From assembly GCA_903813345.2 (NCBI GenBank), contig CAIIXF020000001.1:34720001-34784000 (forward strand): a DNA stretch of 64,000 nt, given 5' to 3'. The position numbers and the translations under genes are program-made. Positions 25,001 to 37,000 of this stretch are shown in pieces. Position 1 is the first letter of the stretch; each line of letters begins with the position of its first letter. The notes beneath the pieces are model-generated. The model did no database searches. It was not told the DNA's origin and saw only the letters and a program-made list of their open reading frames with translations. This DNA is from Owenia fusiformis (lineage: Eukaryota).

Positions 25001-28000
25001 ATTTACCCAGAATGCCAAAAAATTAGTTAGTTCTAGATTTTCATACTAAGAACCACCCCTGAAAATTTGAAATTGATCCGTTACACAGTTAACCAGAAAA
25101 CATGTAAACAAGACTTTACAGACAAGATTTGAGGACAGAGAATCCAAAATGGCTGCCTTGACATTTATCCAGAATGCCAAAAAACGATTCTGTTCTAGAT
25201 TTTCATACTAAGAATTATCCCTGAAAATTTGGAATTGATCTACCAAACGGTTCACCTGGAAATGCGTAGACAAGACTTTACAAACAAGATTTTAGGACAG
25301 AAAATCCAAAATGGCTGCCTTGACATTTACCCAGAATGCCCAAAAACTATTCAGATCTAGATTTTCATACTAAGAATCATCCCTAAACAATTTGAAATTG
25401 ATCTACCGAACAGTTCACCTAAAAACGCATAGACAAGACTTTACGGGCAAGATTTTAGGACAGAAAATCCAAAATGGCTGCCTCGACATTTACCCAGAAT
25501 GCCCAACAACTAATCAGATCTAGATTTTTATACTAAGAATCATCCCTGAAAATTTGAAATTGATCTACCAAACGGTTCACCTAAAAACGCGTAGACAATA
25601 CTTTACGGGCAAGATTTTAAGACGGAAAATCCAAATTGGCTGCCTTGACATTTATCCAGAATGCCAAAAAACTAATCAGATCTAGATTTTCATATTGAGA
25701 ATCATCCCTGATAATTTCAAATTGATCTACCAAACGGTTCAACTGGAAATGCGTAGACAAGACTTTACAGACAAGATTTTAGGACGGAAAATCCAAAATT
25801 GCTGCCTTGACATTTACCCAGAATGCCCAAAAACTAATCAGATCTAGATTTTCATACTGAGAATCATCCCTGAAAATTTGAAATTGATCTACCAAACAGT
25901 TCACCTGAAAATGTGTAGACAAGACTTTACAGACAAGATTTTAGGATGGAAAATCCAAAATGGCTGCTTTGACATTTACCCAGAATGCCCAAAAACTAAT
26001 CAGATCTAGATTTTCATACTAAGAATCATCCCTGAAAATTTGAAATTGATCTACCAAACGGTTCACCTAAAAACGCGTACTTTACGGGCAAGATTTTAGG
26101 ACAGAAAATCCAAAATGGCTGCCTCGACATTTACCCAGAATGCCCAACAACTAATCAGATCTAGATTTTCATACTAAGAATCATCCCTGAAATTTTGAAA
26201 TTGATCTACCAAACGGTTCACCTAAAAACGCGTAGACAATACTTTACGGGCAAGATTTTAAGACGGAAAATCCAAATTGGCTGCCTTGACAATTATCCAG
26301 AATGCCAAAAAACTAATCAGATCTAGATTTTCATATTGAGAATCATCCCTGAAAATTTTAAATTGATCTACCAAACGGTTCACCTGGAAATGCGTAGACA
26401 AGACTTTACAGACAAGATTTTAGCACGGAAAATCCAAAATGGCTGCCTTGACATTTACCAAGAATGCCCAAAAATTAATCAGATCTAGATTTTTATACTG
26501 AGAATCATCCCTGAAAATTTGAAATTGATGTACCAAACGGTTCACCTGAAAATGTGTAGACAAGACTTTACAGACAAGATTTTAGGACGGAAAATCCAAA
26601 ATGGCTGCCTTGACATTTACCCAGAATGCCAAAAACTAATCAGATCTAGATTTTCATACTCAGAATCACTCTGAAAATTTGAAATTGATTCACCTGAATC
26701 ACCTGAAAACGCGTAGACAAGACTTTACAGGCAAGATTTTAGGACGGAAAAATCCAAAATGGCCGACAATAAAAAAGTGATTATGAGTTTTTGCTGATTT
26801 CTTTTTACAAAGCAACTGTGAAGCCGTTTTTCTTAAAGTTTGCAGACAAGGATTTTAGCATTTGACTTCAAAATGGCCGACAGGAAGTAGGTATCGAGTT
26901 AATTATTTTTCATCCACATCTGTATGCACTCATAAGTTATCCCTGAAAATTTGAAGGTGATATCTGTAGCGGTTTTGAAGAAAACTGCCGGATGTACGGA
27001 CAGATGGAAAGACAGACCGACAGACAGACAGACAGATGGACGGACGCGCCTAGGCCGACAATATGGCCCCACACTATGTGGTGGGGACATAATAAAAACT
27101 AACCTAAAGCTCCATCAAGGCTCTGTGTGTCTGGAGTTGTAGTCTCTTGTTCACTGGAGGACTCAGTACCAGGGGTCAGTTCTAATGTTGTACTCCAGTC
27201 TATCAACATCTGATCCTGACTAGGCCTGCAGTGAATGAAACACAGAATAAGTAAAACGTAATGGGAAAACATCCCAAATGTGCCTCTGAAAGTCTTCTAT
27301 GTACAGGGACAAAAGTACTGACACAAAAGTAATATTTTACAATTACAATACAGTATCAAAAGTTTCAGCTACCACAAATGGATTGAAATTATGCTATCGG
27401 AAATTATACTTTTATGATGATTTTTTTACAAATGAACAACTGGCCAGATTTCCTGTGTATCCATTGCTTGGACAAACATTCCTCATTCAGTGAAGGAATT
27501 GACCACACCTTTACAAGAATTGATAGCCTAGATATGAATCCATCAACTAGAAATGCTATAACTATAGTAACAGTATACAATTGTTGACCTCTCCAGAGGT
27601 CAACCGGCAAAATTGTATACCGAGACTGTAAACCGAGAAACTACTGTTGACAGAGACCGAAGGTCGAGGTCAACAGTAGTTTCAAGGTTTACAGTCGAGG
27701 TATATGATTTTGACGGTTGACCGAATGGAGAGGTCTACAATTGTTTTGTTAGTCAGAAGAAACTAATAATACACAAATAGACGACAGTCATCAATCATGG
27801 CTTCATTTCACAACCTTTTCTGCGAACCACGCCAGCGATAATTTTTTAAGAAAATCTGAAGACAGTGGTAGTTAAACTCTCTGTTTTTTGCACATAGCAG
27901 CGTACTCACTACTCACTAGTAAGTTAATGTTAATTTTTCGTTTCTCTTTGTATTTTTGCTATACATGTCGTCTAGCAAAGTCAAAATATCACTTTCATCA

Positions 28001-31000
28001 ACGTTTACGAAATATCCGTCTACCATGTTTTATCTGTAAACATTATGACGTCATATTCCCCATAATTCACAAGTGTAGTACAGTAACATAAGCGGTCAAT
28101 AATATGATATCCCATGATGCACAGGTGAGGTACAGGCAAAAATGTTGACCGCTAATTGACCAATCAGATGCGAGTATTTACACTGAGGTACTAACAATAG
28201 TAGTGGTTTCATCCCTCATACTGTTAACTTGAAAATATACTTGTATACGTGTACATATACATGTATATGTATATAATATCATATCACAGTATTTATTGTG
28301 TATAAGCTTTGTTTAGAATTAGAAAAGTGCCTATGCAAACACATGGGTTACCATAATAGGTGTAACCAGGGATAAGGCAGTCCAACATTTTACATTTATG
28401 TTTCTTTAAAGTGAAACTGTAAAAATGAAGTTAATGATAATAGTGGTATTTCCCCTTTAACCACTTATTTGCCCCTTTGCCTCATCAATCAAAAGTTGCC
28501 TCACCAGTGACTTATTTCCAGATCCTGACTATATAGTGATCAACTGATTTCTCACTTTATTGAACTAATTATCTGACTACTTCTACCATACTATAACTTT
28601 ATACATATAAGGTACAAGTTGGTTTTACTTTTTTGAGTTTTGATTCGGGATCTCCTTCCATGACTGGTGAAGGTCTTCCACATTTGTATCCAAGTTCTTT
28701 TTCTTTGCAAATCCAAGGCGGCAATACATGGACACTGCATTCTGAAATTAAAATTGAATTTTATATTCAGTCACATGAAATATCTCAAACTACATGTAGG
28801 TAACTATTCTAAATAAATGAGAACAAGAGTCCTTTGTTAAACAGGAGATTCTACAGGCCTATAGCCTAGGGGGGGTAGTTCGAGGGGTCGAGCGACCCCC
28901 CTTGCCAAAAATTCTTTCAAAATCATGCAGTTTTTCACCATTCTGAGCACTTTTCAAGTAATTTTGGCCATTTTTGAGCCAAATTTGTCAAAAGTGAACC
29001 CCCCTGGAATTTAAAAAAAAATAAACCCCCTTGGTAAATCTCAGCTATGGGCCTGTTCTAACCCCTTCTACTCCCCCTCAACACAGTTAAAGGCAGTATG
29101 GCTATGTGAACATAAAACAACATATCACACATATCACAGACCTCCATGTTAATCGTTAACACTGAATTGTTAATACTTTTTAAAAGCAATTATGAGGAAA
29201 TTATTTTGCGTGTATGTTTTCAAGTTGTAACTAATTTTTTGTAAGATTTACTAGTTTTCATCTATCCATGAAAGGTGGCAACACTAACAGACTAACCTTG
29301 ACTAGTTGTAAATCTATCTGTAGTACACTGGCAAGCTCTGCTACGGTTGTGTGCTCATCTATAGAAACAAATATCTTGTAGAGTAGTGTCTCAAAATAGT
29401 CACCAAGCACCCTGTTCATCACAAAACCTTCTAATGGTGGAACTGAAAGTAAAGCATATGTTTTTCAGAAATGTATTGAAAAGTATTTTTAAATATTCCG
29501 ACATCTATTTTTTATATAATTCAAGGGAATCATTTTGTGCTGTGCAGTGTGGAATTCCTATTTGCACATAGCACCACATCAGTATACATGTACTAGCATA
29601 TACATGAAATATGAAATAAATCACCTGTATCATTCTCCTCTCATTTAAAAGTTTTACCTGAAGTTTGCCTAATTGAAGGTGTTAGAATAGATTGGTTCCA
29701 ATCGTAATTGAGCTAACTGACACTTTCTGGACTCAGCCCAGATAATTGTGCCAGTTTGGGTTGATGAAGGAGACAATAATATGAAGGAAGTCTCCCACCA
29801 ACTCAACTGACCACATGTTTCTGTGTTAACTTACCTATTATACAGTCATCATCTGATATCGGAACCTCTAAGTAAATTAAACCTTTTCTGTACAAACCTA
29901 TAACACAATGATTCAGAATTAATTTTTTTAAATCTAAAATTTAGAACAGTACAGTTCAATATTAAATTCAATAGAGGTTATAAGTAATTTCATATACAGG
30001 GTGTCCGGAAAGTAAAGATACCAATGCTCTTATTTCAAGAGATTTACCTGTTATTAGATGAAATTGCTCCAGAATGTGGAATGACATTATAACAATATAT
30101 CCTGCAAGTGTCATGACTTTAAGTTTCAAAATGAAAAAGTTATGGTTGTTATGGTAACGGGAGTCGAGGGTAAGTGGAGCAATGTCACAACCGTATTCTA
30201 CAAATCTCTTTCCTGCTCATATGATCTTGGCACTCCACCATCTATTCCTATATTATATCAAATTATGTACCACAACAGCATAGGGATTAGTAATGTAACA
30301 TTATTTGATCATTTCATATTACTACTTTCATTGAATATCCATTATTTTCGCCATTATCGACACATTATTGGTGCATCTTGACTGGCGCTTCAAAGACCTG
30401 ACAAAACCGCTGCTGTCTGTCCATCTTTCAGATTGCTGATAACATTGTCTTCCAGCTGAGTCTTATTTGTATGTTGAACTTTTAACAAATATTGCTTTCA
30501 AATGGTCATTAAGGTAGAAGTCTAAAGAGGCTTTATCAGGTTAATATGGAGGATTGATAGAAAGGTTTAGTGTCAAGACACTCCATTGTAAGATCTGTTT
30601 TTTGCTTTGTGAATTCACGGGTAACTAGAGTATCCGCGTATATTGAGTATGACCGGTTCTAAGCTTACGAGTGTGACCGTATTTCTGTTCCTATAAACAG
30701 ACGAGGTGAGTACTTGCTTTTTATGAACACTTTCGAACGTTTTCTTTTTATCCTACTTGGTCAATGAATGATACTTGGTATACTTATAATGCCAGGCATA
30801 TCACAAGGGGCCTTAATCAAGAGAAAACGTATTAATATTAGATTGAAGCCGTAAAATCCTAGTTTCCAGCATCTTTGATCAGTTTTTGTGTAACACAACG
30901 CAACTCCGAAGAGGATGACACATCTTATGTATAATATATAGCTAGATCTACGAATTAGTCATGAATATTTTAAATAATTTAGCCTGCTCTGTCCAAATAT

Positions 31001-34000
31001 GATACATCTTTGAATTTTTGAGAATACGAATGTCACTGGTGCCCCATTATTGGAGAATACGGTTGTGAAATGTCTTGGATCGGCATTTAACCGGTGTTTG
31101 GACTTTTAGTGGTGACAGATGCAAAAGGTATTTCGAAATACCAGAATGTTGAGGCTCTTCAGACGCTTACAGTAGGTCTCCAATATAAAGTGGGAAGAAC
31201 TAAATAAGACTTATAGTGTCAAGAGCCTATTTTTTCCAAAAGAATTCAGTTAAACGTAGACCGAAAACAATAGCCTTGTTTGATTTTAATTATGTTGTCC
31301 CATTTCAGACCTTTTGTAGATTTGTGGTTAAATCAGTTGACCCGATTTCAGAATGTTGGCGAAAGTAATGGCAAAATATGCTTTTAGAACATTTTTTATC
31401 GAATTTCAGTAATATAATAAGACAGGTTTTATACCAATACATTACAATGCATGAAAAGAAAAGTTTATCATGTATTTGAAAATATAAACATATTACTTTG
31501 TAACCAAATTGCTGAAACTACACATTTAACTTAAAATACAACATTTTTCAGATGGCAGCATCAGTAACACCTCTTATTGAGGAGCTTGACCTCAGTGTCA
31601 TCAGTGTTGGCGCAGAATGCATATTATGTACCTGGATGAAAACAGAAATGAACTGGATAAAATTTGTCAGTCTACCCATAAAGGTGTTCAACAGCTGATT
31701 GGTACTAGCGATCCCGATGCCACAAAACGCAAGATACTGTTGTGCGCGTTGTGTGAATTTAACACCACACACAAAAATAGTCTTACAAAGCATATGTCCA
31801 GAAAGCACACCTCTGTTTATGATGTTTTTGAATGCGATCATTGTGGCAAGATTTATACAAGAACACAAATGTGTACAAAATGTCCCCACCAATGGGTGAT
31901 CCCATGAAATGGTTATCCTGAAAATGAGTAGACAAGACTTTACCAACACAATTTGAGGACTGAAAATCCAAAATGGCCACCTTAAAATTTACCCAGAATG
32001 CCAAAAATTTAGTCAGTTCTAGATTTTCAAACTAAGAACCACCCCTGAAAATTTTTAATTGATCCGTCACACAGTTAACTAGAAAACATGTAAACAAGAC
32101 TATACAGACAAGATTTTAGGATGGAAAATCCAAAATGGCTGCCTTGACATTTACCCAGAATGTCATAAAACTAATCTGTTCCTAGATTTTCATACTAAGA
32201 ATCATCCCTGAAAATATGACATTGATCTACCAAATGGTTCACCTGAAAACGCGTAGACAAGACTTTACAGACAAGATTTTTGGACAGAAAATCCAAAATG
32301 GCTGCCATGACATTTACACAGAATGCCAAAAAAGTAATCAGATGTAGATTTTCACACTAAGAATCATCCCTGAAAATTTGAAATTGATCTACCAAACGGT
32401 TCACCTAAAAACGCGTAGACAAGACTTTACAGGCAAGATTTTAAGACGGAAAATCCAAAATGGCTGCCTTGACATTTATCTAGAATGCCAAAAAACTAAT
32501 CAGATCTAGATTTTCATACTAAGAATCATCCCTAAAAATTTGAAATTGATCTACAGAACGGTTCACCTGGAAATGCATAGACAAGACTTTACAGACAAGA
32601 TTTTAGGACAGAAAATCCAAAATGGCTGCCTTGACATTTGCCCAGAATGCCAAAAAACTAATCAGTTCTACATTTTCATACTAAGAATCATCTCTGAAAA
32701 TTTGAAATTGATCTACCAAACGGTTCACCTGAAAACGCGAAGACAAGACTTTACAGACAAGATTTTAGGACGGAAAATCCAAAATGGCTGCCTTGACATT
32801 TACCCAGAATGCCAAAAAACAAATCAGATCTAGATTTTTATACTAAGAATCATCCCTGAAAATTTGAAATTGATCCACCAAACGGTTCACCTGAAAACAC
32901 GTAGACAAGACTTCACAGACAAGATTTTAGGACGGAAAAATCCAAAATGGCCGACAATAAAAAAGTGATTATGTGTTTTTGCTGATTTCTTCTTACAAAA
33001 TTATCACATATAACTACTGTTAACAATAACATAGGCTTTTACAACAAAGTACATCTGAAATTATTTATAAAGCTACTAAATAGTTAAAGTATGAAAACTC
33101 AAAAACACCATTCAATATGATACAAAGTATTATCGTGCGCTAACTTTTCTTAAGACATTCAAAATGGCTGACATGACTGAGCTAACAGGTCCAAAACCTA
33201 ATCAGATCTAGAATGAAGTGAGCTGAACAAGATGTTAAAGTTTTAAAAGCAACTGTGAAGCCGTTTTTCTTAAAGTTTGCAGACAAGGATTTTAGCATTT
33301 GACTTCAAAATGGCCGACAGGAAGTAGGTATCGAGTTAAAATTTTTTCATCCACATCTGTATGCCCTCATAAGTTATCCCTGAAAATTTGAAGGTGACAT
33401 CTGTAGCGGTTTTGGAGAAAACTCCCGGACGTACGGACAGACGGACGGACAGACAGACGGACGGACAGACGGACGCGCCTAGGCCGACAATATGGCCCCA
33501 CACTATGTGGTGGGGACATAAAAAGCAAGGACACCTTGAACGATCACGTTCGAGGATACCATAATGGAGAGTTTAAGTGATCTCAATGCATACACTCGTA
33601 TTATACACCGGTAACATTCCGATCACATCAATCAGTGGGCCGTGTTACACTCGTTTCCATGACATTTCACAAGCGTATCCTCTGGGAAAAGATAAATCCT
33701 TCTCTTGCTCACTCTACGGGGGATCATATAAACTGAGATTTGGAGATCTTGTTCAGGTTAGCCATAAAAAGGTTTGGGATTTGTTTTTTTCTACTGTGAT
33801 ATTAATGATTTGGCTCTAAGACGAGAAATCTGTACTTTCTGATTGATATTCCATTATGAACAGTTACATTGCTAAAATAGCTCATGTTTAACATTTTTTT
33901 GTTACATTACTATTAAATACAGCATAAACTATATTCAACAAACACAATTTCAAAAAGGATAATATAGAAGTTAACCTTTATTTTCCATTTTTAAGCAGCT

Positions 34001-37000
34001 GTGCCTCTCATGACTTTCCAAAACAGGTCATATTCGTAGCCTAAGAACCGGTCATACTCAATATACGCGGATACTCTAGTATCCCGTGTGAATTGGTGCA
34101 TCGTGAAGATATTGACTTTCCTACTAATGGCCAAGACCATTTCTTCTAGGCACATGTATAATATTTCTTTCATTATACTGGTTAGTGACATAACATAGTT
34201 CTGATATGTAGCAATGACATCATTATATAAAAGAAAATACTATGGCAGCAATAATACAATGATGAACAAAACAAAACATTTATAGAAAATACAACAAAAA
34301 ACACTGTTTCAAATGGTTGTCTTTTAGCAATTTTTCACTTTTTAGCATTGTTCTGGAACTGCTCCACATACCTCTCACATCCGTAACCATAACAACCGTA
34401 ACTTGAATACATTTAGACTATATGTAATGAAAGTTGGTAGATATATTGTAATATTGTTCCTCTACAATCTGTAGCAATTTCATTTCAAAAAATCAAAATT
34501 TCTTAAAATAAGAGTATTTGTATCTTTACTTTCCGGACACCCTGTATAAACATGAACTAAACCCCTTATAAGGGAACTCTTCACAACATATTTGGACACA
34601 TTTTGTCAAAAAATCAGCTAGATTGAAAAGAAAACCAATAAAATACAGCATTATTCCTGAAACATATGGAACACCCTGTAGATAACAAATGAACAACTTA
34701 TGTGGTTTTATTGGACAAACTCACTGTTAACAACTTTATAGTCCATGGTTCCGGCTGGCCTTGGTCCCTTGTCTATGACACTGTCTATCACCGTCTTCTC
34801 AATCAACATACACAGCTAAAAAGTAATCTTTGTTTTTACAATTTATAACTAGTCCATGGCGATGACAAGTATCATCTTCACAAATTGACTTTATTGCGTT
34901 AGATATATCCCTAGAGATCTTGTCTACTTTAGATATTATGTCAATATCCTAGCATTAGCTAATGCAGTCCTGATAAATGGACCGAGCTTTTGGAGACTGT
35001 GATAAGAATGTATGTATCTGATATGGACAAACTTTCACTTATAAGTTATTTCCATTTATAACTGACCACAGAGCATGCTTAAAACTGAATGTCCAGCTTC
35101 AGATGCTGTACAGAAAACCTGTCTAATCCAAATGCCTCAACATATAGGTCAATGAGAGATAACAAATTTGGGACAAAGAAAATGTGTCCACATTGAGAGG
35201 TGTTCATATTAGAAGTGTTTGGATATACATGTTTCACTGTATGTACTATGCATGGTTCTTTAACAAAAAATACATGTATTAGCCAAAAATGGAAGAGGTG
35301 CCAGGGAAGGGGCAAAAGAAAAGGTAAAATGTGAGATTTTTGTGTTTGAATGAATGTTGACTACATACCCTTATATCTTCCTCTGTAATATAACCGGCAT
35401 GTACAATCCACCAGGAGTCTATGAAGATGTTTTCTATTGGTTGCGCAGGGAGCAAGTCCTTTACAGGCTTTCGGCGAAAGAATTTCTGGAATATAAAAAT
35501 TACATGTGCAAGGTGTACTATGAAGGATTTAAAAATCTGTGATTCCTCAGATTTTTAACAGCATTTTTAGCGTATACCACATTATTTTCTCTACACATTA
35601 GACACATTACACAATAGAAGTTCAAATTGATTTCTGTTACTAATAAAATAAAAACTCATTGCTATGGTAACCCAATCTGTCTGGAGAGTTGATAATACAT
35701 AATCAATCACTGCAAATGTAAAACTCTTGATTACCCTGACATTATAGTAACATCGGAAACCTCAAATTAACTAATTAGAAAACTTGTCTGAAGCCTATTA
35801 AAAATTACCCTCAGCAATAGCTAAACCATGTATAAACTCTTAAAAGAAGGGATGATTATTTGAACTTCCCCATATTCTAATCAGACTATAGTTGGTACAT
35901 ATACAGAAGCTCGTTTTTTTTGTTCTGAGAAACCAACATTGATTTCACACCCAAACTCCCATAAAATATCACAAGAGCTACATATGAGACTGTTATGATC
36001 CTATCAGCATCCATCATTATGAGAGAATAGTGAGGCCAATAGGGATAAATAGCATTGAAAAATCACCAGACTAATGTAAAAGCCATGACTCTATTGGACA
36101 ATAAGATCAGTTTTACATCGGAACATCAATTAGACTAGGTTAGAATACCTCCTTTCTATTTGAGATTTTTTCATCATCAGGCTCACTGTTCTACACCTAC
36201 AGGCTAATGAAGCCTCAATATAATCTTTAATTCATAAGGGATGTTAACAGAAGTTTGATAGTTAGGATCGATAGATTATCAAGTGATATTTCACCTACTT
36301 GGTCTAACTGACATTAAAGGTCATCATGGTCATTCCTCACTTGGCGAAATATCAATAAAGAATCAATATCAATAAAGATAATACTAGAAAAATACACAGA
36401 ATAATAATATATTAAAATAATTCTAGTACAGTGTTCATAAACATGGTCTACATAAAAATATGGCCCCATCCTAAAAAAAGGAATTACGAGATATGCCCAT
36501 TTTAATGACAATTTTTAATGGCAGGAATTGAACTTATAACCCATATTTAGCAAGTTAAATAGCTCCTAGAGTTAAAAAACACTGCAAAGAAAAAATAACA
36601 CCAGATTAGCAACAATATTATTGCATTTAATTTAAGAACGTAAGTACAACATGCCAAAAAATAATCAGCTTGAGAACTCCAGATTTACGTCAGCAGAACA
36701 AGCTGTAAATGTTCAGATACTGTGAGCCTTAACTAAAACTAGAAAAACAGCAACTCCACGGAGTAGCAAATCCCACCGAACAAAACATATCATTCTTATT
36801 ATAGCTAGTGTAAATGTTGAAATGTTTGTGCACTTTGTGATAGAAGCATGAAATTTTGAAATTCAGCCGCCATCTTGAAAAATTATTTCTTGAACAGAGC
36901 TACTGTGTCCCTAGGCATAATCATATAAAATTTCATCCAAATCTGTTCACTTGTATTTGAGTTATCAAAGATTACGTTTTTTACGAAAAATTGCCGCTAT

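Larger units (their letters stand above)
30616..34088 (+). mobile_element. CAC-ended TIR transposon (~63-bp TIR, 6-bp TSD) carrying a decayed C2H2 zinc-finger ORF
   Basis: TIR CACGGG(TA/AT)ACTAGAGTATCCGCGTATATTGAGTATGACCGGTTCT; TGAATT at 30610-30615 and 34089-34094. Confidence 0.85.
29997..34544 (-). mobile_element. Degenerate Tc1/mariner element hosting two nested insertions
   Basis: TA-flanked TIR CAGGGTGTCCGGAAAGTAAAGATAC (inverted similarity over ~160 bp); minus-strand remnant [19 protein letters not shown] near 30500-30555 (PPYSPDLAP-DF motif). Confidence 0.85.

Noticed and set aside
32540..32833. 97-aa ORF with an internal repeat
   Set aside because: Translation of 162-bp satellite units; neighbouring units contain stops.
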